Below, piece by piece: positions 21,590 to 32,780 of a stretch of 64,000 nucleotides of DNA. The position numbers and the translations under genes were made by a program. The notes below the pieces were generated by a model. It made no database searches. It saw only the letters and a list, made by a program, of their open reading frames with translations, and had not been told where the DNA came from. Source of the DNA: Candidatus Dormiibacterota bacterium (GTDB taxonomy: Bacteria; Chloroflexota; Dormibacteria; Aeolococcales; Aeolococcaceae); NCBI GenBank assembly GCA_963709585.1, contig CAVPXI010000006.1, positions 224,001-288,000 on the forward strand, written 5' to 3'. How positions within the stretch are numbered: the first letter of the stretch is position 1; each line of letters opens with the position of its first letter.

Positions 21590-22228
21590 TCAGCCGTCGT
21601 GGCAGAAGTGCACTCTCTCCGGCATCAACGCCTTGAGGCCGGAAAGCGAGTCATGCCAGGCGTCGACATCGGCGGCCTGACCGTCCGGCAGGTTCGCCAT
21701 ATCCGGGTGATTCCAGATCGCACGGGTGTATGCCGCGTCGCCGATGAACAGCTCGGTCCCCAGCTGCGTGGTCGCGACCACCGACTGATGCCCCGAGGTA
21801 TGCCCGGGCGTGGTCGCGATACGCAGGTCTGAGGCCAGCGCGAGGTCGCCGTCCACGAGCTCGAACGCCATGCCCGACGCTTCGATCCAGTCGGTGACCT
21901 CGTCGCGCTCTCGAATGATCCGTTCGTGCTCGGAGCGCTGCACCATCAGCGGCGCGTGGGCGAATGCCGGGTTCTGCCCGCAGTGATCGAAGTGCAGGTG
22001 CGTGTTGATCACCATGGTCACGTCGATCGGCGCGAGCCCATGGTCGGCAAGGGCGTCGGCGACGGAGCGGTTGACCACCTTGAAATATCGCAACACCTCG
22101 TCAGGACCGCCGCATCCCGTGTCGACGAGGATGACGCCGAGCTGATCGTGCAGGATGACGTACCCGTGCACCGGCCACTCATGGGTCGTGACCACAAGAT
22201 GGCCGAGGTCGAGCCGCTTGATCTCCAT
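21590..22228 (-). CDS. Metallo-beta-lactamase fold hydrolase (AHL-lactonase-like)
   Basis: VDTG, THLHFDH, TPGHTSGH, GD, HD. Confidence 0.9.
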   Translation of the reverse strand: MEIKRLDLGHLVVTTHEWPVHGYVILHDQLGVILVDTGCGGPDEVLRYFKVVNRSVADALADHGLAPIDVTMVINTHLHFDHCGQNPAFAHAPLMVQRSEHERIIRERDEVTDWIEASGMAFELVDGDLALASDLRIATTPGHTSGHQSVVATTQLGTELFIGDAAYTRAIWNHPDMANLPDGQAADVDAWHDSLSGLKALMPERVHFCHDG

Positions 22229-22253
22229 GCCGTGCTCCTTTCGATCTGGTCGC

Positions 22254-23036
22254 TCAGGCCGCGATCCGTCCCCACAGCAGGATCCGCTTGAACGGGTAGA
22301 AGTACGGCCGCTGATCGCCGAGTGCCGCGTTCAACTGCTCGCGGTAGCGTGCGACGAACTCCGCGTACATCGCCTCCGGCATGCGCGACTCGTAATCGGT
22401 CAGGAGCGTGCCGCGGACCCACTCCACGACGGCATCGGGCGACTCGAGCACGTGGCCGTACACCTGCAGGCGAACCGATTGCGCGACGAACCCGAGCTCG
22501 TGGAGCAGCGCCGCATACTCCTCGGGCCGCAGCACCGCGAACGTCCGAACATATCCCCGCATCGCGCCGGTGAACGGCTGCTCGCGAGCGATCTCGGCCG
22601 CGAGCGTATGGGAGACGTGATCGAAATTGGCGGGCACCTGCACGGCGATCTCGCCACCGGGCACGAGCATCGCCTTCAGGCGCGCAAACAGCGCGGGATG
22701 ATCGCCAACCCACTGCAGCGCAGCGTTGGAGAAGACGACATCAAGGGGCGCGGCCGGCCGCCATTCATTGATGTCGCCGCGCTCGAACGCCAGGCCTTCG
22801 ACCTCGAGCGTGCGCGCGCGCTCGAGCATCGCCTCCGACGAATCGACCCCGAGCGTCTCCTCGGCGCCGAGCTCGCGATGCAGCGCCGCGGTGAGGACGC
22901 CGGTGCCGCATCCGAGGTCGACGATGCGACCAGCCGGGCGCCTGGTGATGAGCGCGACCAGGTCGTGAAAGGGTTGCTCGCGTTCGGCGCGAAAACGCTC
23001 GTATTGCGTGGGGTTCCACGTGTCGCGCGCGGTCAT
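22254..23036 (-). CDS. tam: Trans-aconitate 2-methyltransferase-like SAM methyltransferase
   Basis: WNPTQY, DLGCGTG, SNAALQW, VQVPAN, FYPFKRIL. Confidence 0.85.
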   Translation of the reverse strand: MTARDTWNPTQYERFRAEREQPFHDLVALITRRPAGRIVDLGCGTGVLTAALHRELGAEETLGVDSSEAMLERARTLEVEGLAFERGDINEWRPAAPLDVVFSNAALQWVGDHPALFARLKAMLVPGGEIAVQVPANFDHVSHTLAAEIAREQPFTGAMRGYVRTFAVLRPEEYAALLHELGFVAQSVRLQVYGHVLESPDAVVEWVRGTLLTDYESRMPEAMYAEFVARYREQLNAALGDQRPYFYPFKRILLWGRIAA

Positions 23037-23099
23037 GCGACGAGCCGCGAGACAGGCATGGAAGTCGTGGGCATCGGCGGACAGGATAGCGTTGCCCCG

Positions 23100-24626
23100 G
23101 TGCGATCCAGAGCGTGGACGGGGCTTGCTATAGGCGTGGCGCTCGGTGCCGCCACCGGGTGCACCGCAACCCCCGCGGCTCCGACCGCCGCTCGGCTCAC
23201 CCCGGGACCGACCGCGACGTCGCTCGCGGCTCCCGCGCCTCCACCCCTCACGCTCCCGCCGGTACGCCCGCTTGTCTTCAGATCGTGTGCAGGCGCTGAT
23301 GGCCTCCAGTGCGCGACGATGACGGTGCCGGTCGACTACGCGGAACCGAGCGGTTCGACGATCGCGATCGCGGTCGCGCGGCTGCCTGCCGTCGCCCGGC
23401 ATTCGAGCGGCTCGATCATCGTGAACCCCGGGGGCCCAGGCGAGTCCGGTATCGACTACCTGGAAGCGGCGGCGAGCCAGTTCGCGGCGCTGCGCGCCTC
23501 CTATGACATCGTCTCGTTCGACCCACGCGGTACGGGCCGGAGCGAGCCGGCACGTTGCCTGACACCGCCGGACCTCGACGCGTATTTCGCGCTCGACCCC
23601 ATCGACACGGCCGCTGCGAATCAGCAGGCCATCGAGACGCTCTCGCAGCGGTTCGCCGCGGGGTGTCTGGCCAGGAACGGCCGGCGGCTGCTGTTCCTCG
23701 GCACTCAGTACGTCGCCCGAGACCTCGAGGAGTTGCGTCGCGCGCTCGGCGAGCCGAAGCTCACCTACCTCGGCTTGAGCTATGGCACCTACCTCGGCGA
23801 GGTGTACGCCTCGCTGTACCCGCAGAACGTGCGCGCGATGGTGCTCGACGGCGTCGTGAACCCAGCCCTCCCGCTCCTGACAGAGGGCGAACAGCAGGCC
23901 ACGGCGTTCGAGCGCGACCTCCGCGACTTCGAATCGGGGTGCGCACGGGGCTGCGGGTTCTCGGTATCGCCCGGCTCGACGATCGCCCAGGTGCTGGCCA
24001 AGGCTGCCGCGGATCCCCTGCAGGCGAACGGGCGGTCGCTCACCCGTGGTGAGGCGCTCACCGGCATCATCACCTACCTCTACGAGCCTGCCGAAGATCG
24101 CAACCCGGAACGCGCTCTCGCGAACGCGCTGACCCAGGCAGCGGGTGGCAACGCGGACCTGCTGCTCCGCTCCGCCGACAACTACGCGGGCCGGCTCGCC
24201 AACGGCACGTACTCCCCGGTCGCCGAGGCAAACGCATCGATTGCGTGCGCGGACAAGCCGGTTCCCACGACGCCTGCCACGTACGTGACCGAGGCAGAGC
24301 GAATGAACACCGTCGATCCGCGTTTCGGCGCCGATGTGGTGTGGGGCCTCCTCGTCTGCGCGTACTGGCCCTTCCAACCGCCGCCCTCCAGTTTCCACAC
24401 AGTCGGCACGGTGCCGCTGCTGCTGGTCGGCGCCACCGGCGACCCCGCGACACCGTACGCGTGGGCGAGCGGCACCCTGCCGTATTTCCCGGGATCGGTG
24501 CTCCTGACCCGCGACGGTGATGGGCATGTGTCCTTCGGCAAGAGTCGATGCGCCGGCGCATACGAGGCCGCGTACCTCACGCGCCTCGTGCTGCCGCCAC
24601 CCGACGCGGTATGTCCGACGGACTGA
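23100..24626 (+). CDS. Lipoprotein alpha/beta hydrolase (tripeptidyl aminopeptidase-like)
   Basis: Lipobox ATGC; NPGGPG, FDPRG, GLSYG, DPATP, GH. Confidence 0.88.
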   Translation: MRSRAWTGLAIGVALGAATGCTATPAAPTAARLTPGPTATSLAAPAPPPLTLPPVRPLVFRSCAGADGLQCATMTVPVDYAEPSGSTIAIAVARLPAVARHSSGSIIVNPGGPGESGIDYLEAAASQFAALRASYDIVSFDPRGTGRSEPARCLTPPDLDAYFALDPIDTAAANQQAIETLSQRFAAGCLARNGRRLLFLGTQYVARDLEELRRALGEPKLTYLGLSYGTYLGEVYASLYPQNVRAMVLDGVVNPALPLLTEGEQQATAFERDLRDFESGCARGCGFSVSPGSTIAQVLAKAAADPLQANGRSLTRGEALTGIITYLYEPAEDRNPERALANALTQAAGGNADLLLRSADNYAGRLANGTYSPVAEANASIACADKPVPTTPATYVTEAERMNTVDPRFGADVVWGLLVCAYWPFQPPPSSFHTVGTVPLLLVGATGDPATPYAWASGTLPYFPGSVLLTRDGDGHVSFGKSRCAGAYEAAYLTRLVLPPPDAVCPTD

Positions 24627-25939
24627 CGCCCGAGCCGGGTATTCCCGACCCGGGGCTGATCCCCGAAGGCGGCCCGAAGACCGCGCCGATGCGCCGGCCG
24701 ATCGCGACCCGAGCCTTTCGTTCGCTCGCGGTCGACGCGCGGTCGCTGCGCGAGTCGCGACCGTTTCGCCGGCTCTGGGTCGGCCAGCTCATCTCCCTGG
24801 TCGGTCGCCAGATCACCCTGGTCGCGGTGCCGTTCCAGGTCTACTCGCTGACTCGCTCCGCGCTGGATGTCGGCCTGCTCGGCATCGTCCAGGCGGTGCC
24901 GCTGATCTGCGGCTCGCTCGGTGGCGGAGCGATCGCCGATCGATTCGACCGCCGTCGCGTCCTGATCGTGACCCAGCTCGGCCTCGCCTCGTGCTCCGGG
25001 CTGCTCGCCCTCGGGGCGTTCATCGGCAATCCACCGCTCCTGGAGATCTACGCGGTCGTGGCGGTGGCGGCGCTGGTCGGGGCCGTCGACGCTCCGACGC
25101 GCACCGCGATCATTCCGAACCTCGTCGGCGTGGACCGGCTGGCCGGAGCGCTCTCGCTCAACATCGTGCTGTTTCAGACCACTTTGGTTGCCGGCCCGGC
25201 GATCGGCGGGCTGGTGATCGCTCACCTGGGTCTTCCGGCAGCGTATGCCGTCGACGTGGTCACGTTCAGCGCGGCGCTCACCGCGGTGGCGCTGCTCCCA
25301 CCACAGGGTCGCTCGTCGTCGGAGCGTGAACGTCCGGTGGCGGCCATCCTGCGCGGCCTGAGCTTCGCGCGCCGCCAGCCGGTGATCCTCGGCGGGTTCG
25401 CGATGGATCTTGCCGCGATGATCTTCGGCCTCCCGCGCGCGGTGTTCCCGGTGCTCGCGGCGACCACGTTCCACGCCGGTCCGCAGGGTCTCGGTCTGCT
25501 CTACGCAGCCCCAGGATTGGGAGCGGTGATCGCCGCACTGGCGAGCGGGGCGGTGGCTCGGTCGAAGCAACTCGGGCGCATCATCGTGATCGCGATCGTG
25601 GCCTGGGGCCTGGTCATCATCGCCTTCGGATTCGCGCAGACGCTGTGGGTCGCGCTGCTGCTGCTCGCCGTCGCCGGTGGCGCGGACAGCCTCAGTGCGG
25701 TCTGCCGGACGACGATCATGCAAAGGATCGCTCCCGACGAACTGCGCGGCCGGCTGACCTCGCTGTATTTCATGGTGGTCGCCGGAGGTCCGTACATCGG
25801 TGACGTCGAGACCGGCATCGTGGCGAACGCCCTCGGCGCCGAGGTTGCGATCGTCACCGGCGGAGCCCTGTGCCTCGTCGGGCTCGGCGCGGCGGCGGTC
25901 GCGTTCCCGTCGGTGTGGCGCTATCGGACCGACGCCTGA
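24611..25939 (+). CDS. MFS transporter (EntS-like)
   Basis: About 12 TM segments, [11 protein letters not shown] motif. Confidence 0.92.
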   Translation: MSDGLTPEPGIPDPGLIPEGGPKTAPMRRPIATRAFRSLAVDARSLRESRPFRRLWVGQLISLVGRQITLVAVPFQVYSLTRSALDVGLLGIVQAVPLICGSLGGGAIADRFDRRRVLIVTQLGLASCSGLLALGAFIGNPPLLEIYAVVAVAALVGAVDAPTRTAIIPNLVGVDRLAGALSLNIVLFQTTLVAGPAIGGLVIAHLGLPAAYAVDVVTFSAALTAVALLPPQGRSSSERERPVAAILRGLSFARRQPVILGGFAMDLAAMIFGLPRAVFPVLAATTFHAGPQGLGLLYAAPGLGAVIAALASGAVARSKQLGRIIVIAIVAWGLVIIAFGFAQTLWVALLLLAVAGGADSLSAVCRTTIMQRIAPDELRGRLTSLYFMVVAGGPYIGDVETGIVANALGAEVAIVTGGALCLVGLGAAAVAFPSVWRYRTDA

Positions 25940-26043
25940 CGGTTGTCCTATCGGTCAGCTCTTCGGCTCGGGCAGGCGAGGGAAAAACGGTCGGCGTAGG
26001 CGGTCCGCCCGGGGTGGGCGGCCCGTGTATCGTCCGAGGCCGC

Positions 26044-27285
26044 ATGCCAAATCCGGATCTGACCGACGTCGGCTCCATGCCGCGCCTTGGCGAGGTTCCG
26101 GCACGGATGCACGCGCAGGTGATCCGACCCGAGCGCTACGGGGATCCTCAGACCGCGTTCGTCGTCGAATCGGTGGCGACGCCGCGTCCGGGGCCCGGGC
26201 AGGTTCTTGTCTACGTGATGGCCGCGGGCGTCAACTACAACAACGTCTGGGCCGCGCTCGGTCGACCGGTCGACGTCGTCGCCGCGCGCCGGAAGGCCGG
26301 TGAGAGCGAGGATTTCCACATCGGCGGCAGCGATGCCTCGGGCATCGTGTGGGCGGTCGGCGAAGGCGTTGACGGCGTTCGGGTCGGCGACCATGTCGTG
26401 GCCCATTGCGGGGTCTGGGACTCCGCCGACCCGTGGATCACCTCCGGCGGTGACCCGATCATCGCGCCGAGCGCGCGGATCTGGGGGTACGAGACCAATT
26501 GGGGGAGCTTCGCCCAGTACACGCTCGTCCAGGCACACCAACTGCTCCCCAAGTCTGCGCACCTGAGTTGGGCCGCAGCGGCTGCGTGCACGCTGGTCGG
26601 CGCGACGGCGTATCGCATGCTCTGCTCCTGGCAGCCCCACACCGTTGCCGAGAACGACGTTGTCCTGATCTGGGGTGGCTCCGGCGGCCTCGGCTCACAG
26701 GCGATCCAGATCGCGAAGGCCAAGGGCGCGATCCCGATCGCGGTGACATCGGGTCCGGAGCGGGGCCGCTACTGCATCGACCTTGGGGCGCGCGGCTTCA
26801 TCGACAGGCGCGAGTTCTCCCACTGGGGCGTGATCCCCGACTGGCGGGACGACGCGGCGTTCGCCACCTGGATGGCGGGCGCCCGAGCGTTCGGCACCGC
26901 CCTGTGGGACGTGCTGGGCGAACGCCGGAATCCGAGGATCGTTTTCGAGCACCCGGGCGAGGACACCATCCCGACATCGATCTTCGTCTGCGACAACGGC
27001 GGCATGGTGGTCATCTGCGCGGGTACGACCGGGTACCACGCGGCGGTCGATCTGCGCTATCTCTGGATGCGGCAGAAGCGGCTCCAGGGCTCGCACTTCG
27101 CCAACGACAACGAGTGTGCCGCGTTCAACGCGATGGTGACCAGCGGCGAGGTCGACCCCTGCCTTTCGAGAACGTTCGCGTTCGATGAGGTCGGTCTCGC
27201 GCATCAGCTGATGCGCGAGAACCGGCACCCGATGGGCAACATGTCGGTGCTGGTCGGCGCGCGCGACGCGGAGCAGCGCGACTGA
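26044..27285 (+). CDS. ccr: Crotonyl-CoA carboxylase/reductase
   Basis: [45 protein letters not shown]. Confidence 0.92.
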   Translation: MPNPDLTDVGSMPRLGEVPARMHAQVIRPERYGDPQTAFVVESVATPRPGPGQVLVYVMAAGVNYNNVWAALGRPVDVVAARRKAGESEDFHIGGSDASGIVWAVGEGVDGVRVGDHVVAHCGVWDSADPWITSGGDPIIAPSARIWGYETNWGSFAQYTLVQAHQLLPKSAHLSWAAAAACTLVGATAYRMLCSWQPHTVAENDVVLIWGGSGGLGSQAIQIAKAKGAIPIAVTSGPERGRYCIDLGARGFIDRREFSHWGVIPDWRDDAAFATWMAGARAFGTALWDVLGERRNPRIVFEHPGEDTIPTSIFVCDNGGMVVICAGTTGYHAAVDLRYLWMRQKRLQGSHFANDNECAAFNAMVTSGEVDPCLSRTFAFDEVGLAHQLMRENRHPMGNMSVLVGARDAEQRD

Positions 27286-27286
27286 T

Positions 27287-27952
27287 CTATCGCTGCGAGG
27301 CGAGGTACACGAGCGCGGCCTTGACACGACGATGCACGTCCGGCTCTTCGGAGAGGTCGAGCTTCGAGAAGATCGCGTTGATGTGCTTCTCGACGGCGCG
27401 CTCGGTGAGAAACAGCGCCACCGCGATGCCCGCGTTGTTCTTGCCCATCGCAACCTGCTGGAGCACGTCGCGTTCGCGAGGTGTGAGCTGGGCGATCGGC
27501 AAGTCGCGCACCGCACTGCGGGCGGCGACGAGGACCTCGACGACACGCGGGTCGATCACCGATCCACCACGTGCCACCTCACGGACCGCGCCGACAAGCT
27601 GATCGATGTCGGACACACGCTCCTTGAGCAGGTACGCGCGACCGCTCGCGCCCTTCTCGAGCAGCGCCAGCGCGTACTCGGGTTCGGCGAACTGGCTGAG
27701 CACGACAACCCCGACGTCCGGACGCTCGGCGCGGAGGCGCTCTGCGGCGCGCAGACCCTCGTCGGTGCCTGTCGGTGGCATCCGGATATCGGTGATCACG
27801 ACCGCTGGGCTGTGCTCTTCAATCGCTCGCTCGAGTTCGGGAAGGTCGACGCAGGAGGCCACAAGCTCCACCTCGTCGGATGTTTCCAGAAGCTGCCGGA
27901 TGCCCTCTCTGAGCAGGTAATTGTCCTCGGCGAGGACCACGCGGATCGGCAC
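27287..27952 (-). CDS. NarL/LuxR-family response regulator
   Basis: LAED, TDIRMP, LTPRE...VEKHINAIFSKL. Confidence 0.95.
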   Translation of the reverse strand: MPIRVVLAEDNYLLREGIRQLLETSDEVELVASCVDLPELERAIEEHSPAVVITDIRMPPTGTDEGLRAAERLRAERPDVGVVVLSQFAEPEYALALLEKGASGRAYLLKERVSDIDQLVGAVREVARGGSVIDPRVVEVLVAARSAVRDLPIAQLTPRERDVLQQVAMGKNNAGIAVALFLTERAVEKHINAIFSKLDLSEEPDVHRRVKAALVYLASQR

Positions 27953-28056
27953 ACAGAGAGGATAGGGGTGAGCTGGTGCCGGGTGCCTGCATCACTGGAA
28001 CAGTGAGGCAAGTACGCTTGCCACTTCTCCGCCGCCGGGATACCGTGCGAGATACA

Positions 28057-28440
28057 ATGAGCGTGAGAGTGTTGATCGTCGACGATCAGGCGCCGTTTCG
28101 CGATGTCGCGCGGACGGTTGTCGAGTTGACCGACGGCTTCGAGGTGGTCGGCGAGGTCGAGACGGGCGAGGATTCGGTCACCGTGGCCCGCGATCTCCGT
28201 CCCGACCTCGTGCTCATGGATGTGAACCTTCCGGGCATCAGCGGGCTCGACGCAACCCGGCAGATCCTCGCCGGCGTCGAGGCAAACCGGCCGGTCGTGG
28301 TGCTGGTCCTGTCGACCTACGAGGCCGACGAGTACGCGCCTCGGGCGGCCGAGGCAGGCGCGGCCGGGTTCATCTCCAAATCCGATTTCAGTCCCGACCG
28401 GCTGGCGGAAGCGTGGGCCTCCGCGACGGGAACCGCATAA
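28057..28440 (+). CDS. Single-domain response regulator
   Basis: LIVDD, MDVNLP, FISK. Confidence 0.9.
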   Translation: MSVRVLIVDDQAPFRDVARTVVELTDGFEVVGEVETGEDSVTVARDLRPDLVLMDVNLPGISGLDATRQILAGVEANRPVVVLVLSTYEADEYAPRAAEAGAAGFISKSDFSPDRLAEAWASATGTA

Positions 28441-28447
28441 GCCGAGG

Positions 28448-30652
28448 TCAGGCGAGGACAGCCTCGCGCACCGGTGCGGGAAGGTCAGCGCGAACGTGTG
28501 TCCCCGCACCCGGTTGGGAGACCACCTCGACAGTGCCGCCGAGGGCCTCGACACGATCGACCATGTTGGTGAGCCCTGAGCCAGGCTTCACGGTCGTGGT
28601 GTCGAACCCCGATCCGTCGTCGGCAACCTCGAAGGTCAGCGCGCCGGCGGTACCCCGGAGGCGGACCATGACGTGTCGTGCCCCGGCATATTTCTGGACG
28701 TTCTGCAGCGCTTCGAGGACACAGAAGTACACGGCCGCCTCGACGTCCTGTGGATAGCGCTCCACGTCTTCCGCATCGACGGTGATCGGTAACACCGCTT
28801 TGCGCGCCTGCAACTCGAGCGCAACCACCAACCCCTTGTCGGCCAGCAGCGGTGGATAGATTCCGCGTGCGAGGTCGCGCAACGTCTCGAGCACTTCGTC
28901 GGCGTCGGCCTTCAGCTGGGTCACGGCGGCTTTCGCCTGGTCCGGCTTCGAGTCCACCAGCGACTGCGCAAGCCCGAGATTGACCTTGAGCGCGACCAGG
29001 TGTCGCTGTGCTCCGTCGTGCAAGTTGCGTTCGAGACGGCGACGTTCCTCGTCCTGAGCCCGCACCAGCCGCTGGCGCGAGGCGCGCAGTTCGTCGAGGC
29101 GGTCTCGGAGCTCAGCAGCAAGACCCACGTTTCTCAAGACCAACCCTGCCTGGTGCGCGAGGTCGTCGATGAGCTTCTGCTCGGTGGGGGTCACGGGGTC
29201 ACCCCTGCGCTTGACGATGCTCAGCGCGCCGAGCAAGCGGCCCTGATGCTCCACGGGAACTGCGGTCGTCGCGCCCAGGATCTCGGGCAGCGAGCCGGTA
29301 GACATCGGCAGTGGTGCTGGAGACGACGCCTCCGCATCCGGATGCGTCGCTGCAGGATGCAGGGTTGCCGGACCCTTGAGCCACACGGTCGCCGACTGAG
29401 CACCGGTCGCCTCCTGGAGCACACGGGCCATGCGTGGCAAGACCTCGTCCGCTGCATATGCCTCCGCGACCTGGCCCGAGAAAGCGGTGAGCACCTCGTA
29501 TGGGGTGGCGCGATTCCCGTACACGAGCCGGTTGGCAATCTTCTGGACACGCTCACGAACGGGCTGGAACCCAACCGCAACGATGATTGTCGCGACGATC
29601 GACAGCCAGAGATTCGGCTGGCCACCGCTACCAACCAGCGTGCCGATGCCGACCGCGATACCGATGTAGACGGCGGTGATGAATGCCGCAAGGACGCCGT
29701 AGACGAGGGTTCGGCTGATGATGACGTCGATGTCATAGAGGCGGTATTTCAGGACGGCAACACCGATTCCCGTGGGTACTCCCAGCACGGCAACTGACAC
29801 CAGCAATGCGACACCGGTGCCGACCAGTGGACCTGGATTGGTAAAGACCGTGCTGGGAAGGAAGTTGACGAGAAGGATCGTCACCACCAGGAACAGCGCC
29901 GCCGAGGCGACCCACTTGATCTGGTGGCGCGTGTCGGAATCGGCACCACGAAGGCGCAGGAAGACGGCCACGATGACGGCTGCGCTGAACAGGTTCGAGA
30001 GCACGTTCCACAGAGTGCTCAGCGTGTTCACCAGCGGTGCTGAACCGGGAATGGCCAGGACACTCGACGGGGCGGCGACCCCCGGTTGGGAACTCGAAAT
30101 AATGCCCAGCTCTCCGGGAGTCGGATTGATGACAGACAAGACAAGCCCCGACAGTCCCACTCCCAGAACCGCATACATCAGCCAGCGCAACTTCGGCGAA
30201 AGCAGATGGCCGTTGGGAAAGACGAGCAGCATGATGGTGAACAACACCGCCACATTCCCGCCCGGGGCATTCCAGAATGCTGAGAGCAGCAGAATGTAGC
30301 CGCCGAAGCCGTCGTGCGCGTCCAAAAGGACCGAGCCTACAAGCGAAGAGAGCGACCCGAGAGCGAGAACACCAGATCCGCAGATGCACAGCCAGCCCAC
30401 CGGGTTGGCGGGTCTGCGCATTGCGATAACGGCGCCGACGATCGTAAACGAACAAAAAGGGAATACAAAAGCAGCGCTCAGGGCACCCGTCGCCTGAAAC
30501 AATGCCGGCGGGGTGAGCGGAGAGTAGAAAACCACTCCGAAAGCCACGAACATCGCAACGATGACGGCGAGGAGCACCCATGCGGTTGCCGGCCTCGCGA
30601 GCCGTCGCGTGGCCGAAGGTTCCATGCGCGGCGTCGCGATAGCAGACATCAA
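28448..30652 (-). CDS. Multi-TM sensor histidine kinase (GAF-like + HisKA_3 + HATPase)
   Basis: ERNLHDGAQ, EALQNVQKYA, DDGSGF, GSGL. Confidence 0.93.
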   Translation of the reverse strand: MMSAIATPRMEPSATRRLARPATAWVLLAVIVAMFVAFGVVFYSPLTPPALFQATGALSAAFVFPFCSFTIVGAVIAMRRPANPVGWLCICGSGVLALGSLSSLVGSVLLDAHDGFGGYILLLSAFWNAPGGNVAVLFTIMLLVFPNGHLLSPKLRWLMYAVLGVGLSGLVLSVINPTPGELGIISSSQPGVAAPSSVLAIPGSAPLVNTLSTLWNVLSNLFSAAVIVAVFLRLRGADSDTRHQIKWVASAALFLVVTILLVNFLPSTVFTNPGPLVGTGVALLVSVAVLGVPTGIGVAVLKYRLYDIDVIISRTLVYGVLAAFITAVYIGIAVGIGTLVGSGGQPNLWLSIVATIIVAVGFQPVRERVQKIANRLVYGNRATPYEVLTAFSGQVAEAYAADEVLPRMARVLQEATGAQSATVWLKGPATLHPAATHPDAEASSPAPLPMSTGSLPEILGATTAVPVEHQGRLLGALSIVKRRGDPVTPTEQKLIDDLAHQAGLVLRNVGLAAELRDRLDELRASRQRLVRAQDEERRRLERNLHDGAQRHLVALKVNLGLAQSLVDSKPDQAKAAVTQLKADADEVLETLRDLARGIYPPLLADKGLVVALELQARKAVLPITVDAEDVERYPQDVEAAVYFCVLEALQNVQKYAGARHVMVRLRGTAGALTFEVADDGSGFDTTTVKPGSGLTNMVDRVEALGGTVEVVSQPGAGTHVRADLPAPVREAVLA

Positions 30653-32780
30653 GCGGCCGCCGGAGACACGACGTCGACGGATAACGTCCCGCTGATGGTA
30701 GTTCCACGGTTCGGGCTTGACGTCAAGTTTAGCGAGCCGCCGAGCGCGTCAAGACGGTCTGCCATATTGACGAGTCCAGCACCCTTCCTCGCGATCGCAG
30801 TGTCGAACCCCACGCCGTCGTCACTGATCTCGAAGGTCAGGCGCTCACGTTGCCCGCGAAGGCGCACTTCGACGTGTGATGCCCGTGCGTACTTCTGCAC
30901 GTTCTGCAAGGCTTCGAGCACGCAGAAGTAGACGGTCGCCTCGACATCCTGCGTGTAACGCTCCACGGCCTCAGCGCGCACACTCACGGAGACGATCGCC
31001 TTGCGCGCCTGCAAGTCCAGCGCCACCACCAGCCCCTTGTCGGCGAGGAGCGGCGGGTAGATCCCGCGCGCCAGGTCACGCAATGTCTCGAGCGCCTCGT
31101 CGGCGTCGCCCTTGAGCTGTTCCAGCGTCGCCATGGCTTTCGGGGGATCGCGACCAAGGAGCATCTCGGCAAGGCCCAGCTTCACCTTGAGCGCGACGAG
31201 GTGTTGCTGAGCGCCGTCGTGCAGGTTGCGTTCGAGCCGGCGGCGTTCGAGGTCCTGCGCCTGCACCAGCCGTTGGCGTGACGCCCTGAGTTCGTCGAGG
31301 CGCACCTGGAGGTCAGCGCTGAGGCCAACGTTCTTGAGCACCAGTCCCGCCTGATGGGCCAGGTCGTCGACGAGCTTCTCTTCGATCGGCGTCAGCGTTT
31401 CGCCGCGACGTTTGGTCACGCTCAGCGCACCGAGCAGTTCCCCTTGGTGGCGCACCTCCACCGCCCTGGTGGCGTCGCCAAGAGCGGGCAGCGTCCCGTT
31501 ATTCATGGGCAACGCTTGGTGGGTGCCCATGCTCTCTGGATGCGTTGCTGCTGGTCGGAGTTCGGTCAAACCTCGCAACCACACGGTCGCTGACTCAGCC
31601 CCGGCCCCTTCTTGGAGCACACGGGCCATACGTGGCAGTACATCGTCCGCTGCATAGGTCTCCGCCACCCGGCCCGAGAACTCGCTGAGTACCTCGTACG
31701 GTGTCGCCCGCCGGCCGTACACCAGCCGGTTCGCCACCTTCTGGACCTGCTCCCGCACCGGCTGGAACCCGATCGCCACGATCGCCGTGGCCAGGATCGA
31801 GAGCGCCAGGTTGGGCTTGCCCCCGCTCCCCACCAGGGTCCCGATCCCCACCGCAATGCCCACGTACACCGCTGTGATGAACACGGCCAGTGAGCCGTAC
31901 ACCAGCGTCCGGCTGATGACAATGTCGATGTCGTAGAGACGGTACTTGAAGATGGCGATCCCGGCCGCGATCGGCACCAGGATGCCGAATCCGATCGCGA
32001 TGTCGACGAGGCCGGTCGCCGTCGAATCCGGGAGGAATGTCAGCGGGATGTACGCGACGGCGGTGACGGTGACCGCATACGCGATCCACTTGAGCTGCTG
32101 GCGTTCTTCACCGGCGGCCCGGCGCATGCGCACCAGCGGGGCGCTCGCTGCGGCGAGGAAGAGCGCGATAGCCGGAAGCCAGAGCAGGCCGAGTGACTGC
32201 ACCGCGACCTCGAGACCTCCGGTGACCGGAAGCCCGATGGGATTATTCGGGGTCGCGAAGTTGGTGTTTGTGCTCAGCGGGCCGGGGTAGAAGATGGCGA
32301 CCGGGACGATGACGGCGGTGACCACAACGCAGGTGACGGCGAGCGGCTTCCACCTGCGCGACGGCAGACGCCCGTCGGGGAAGAGCAGCAGCATCAGTGC
32401 CACGGCGCCCGCGGGAAAGATGGTGCTGGTGACCCAGCTGTCGACCCAGATTGCCCAGATCCCTGCCGGCGCCCCCAGGTGGGTCACGAAGGCGAAGTGG
32501 GCATACCCGTCCGCGACTCCCCAAACCCCCCCACCACCGCGATGAAGAGGAACAGCCAGCCGACGGGGTTCCGTCGCTGCCGCGTGGCGACCAGCGTGCC
32601 GAGGATCCCGAACGCGATCGGGACGTCGAAAGACGGCAGCTCGGCGTTGAAGAGCCCGTGGAACGTCGGCGCGTTGGCGATCGCGAGCGCGATGCTCGCC
32701 GCACTCGTCAGCAGGGCGAACACGCCGGTCGTTACCGCCAGCGCCCGAAGGCCCACGCCGCGCGAGCCGGCGGCGCTCAT
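30649..32780 (-). CDS. Paralogous multi-TM histidine kinase; apparent -1 frameshift at about 32520
   Basis: N-terminus in ORF 32484-32780 (NPVGWLFL) continues as GVADGYA in ORF 30649-32883; ERNLHDGAQQH. Confidence 0.9.
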
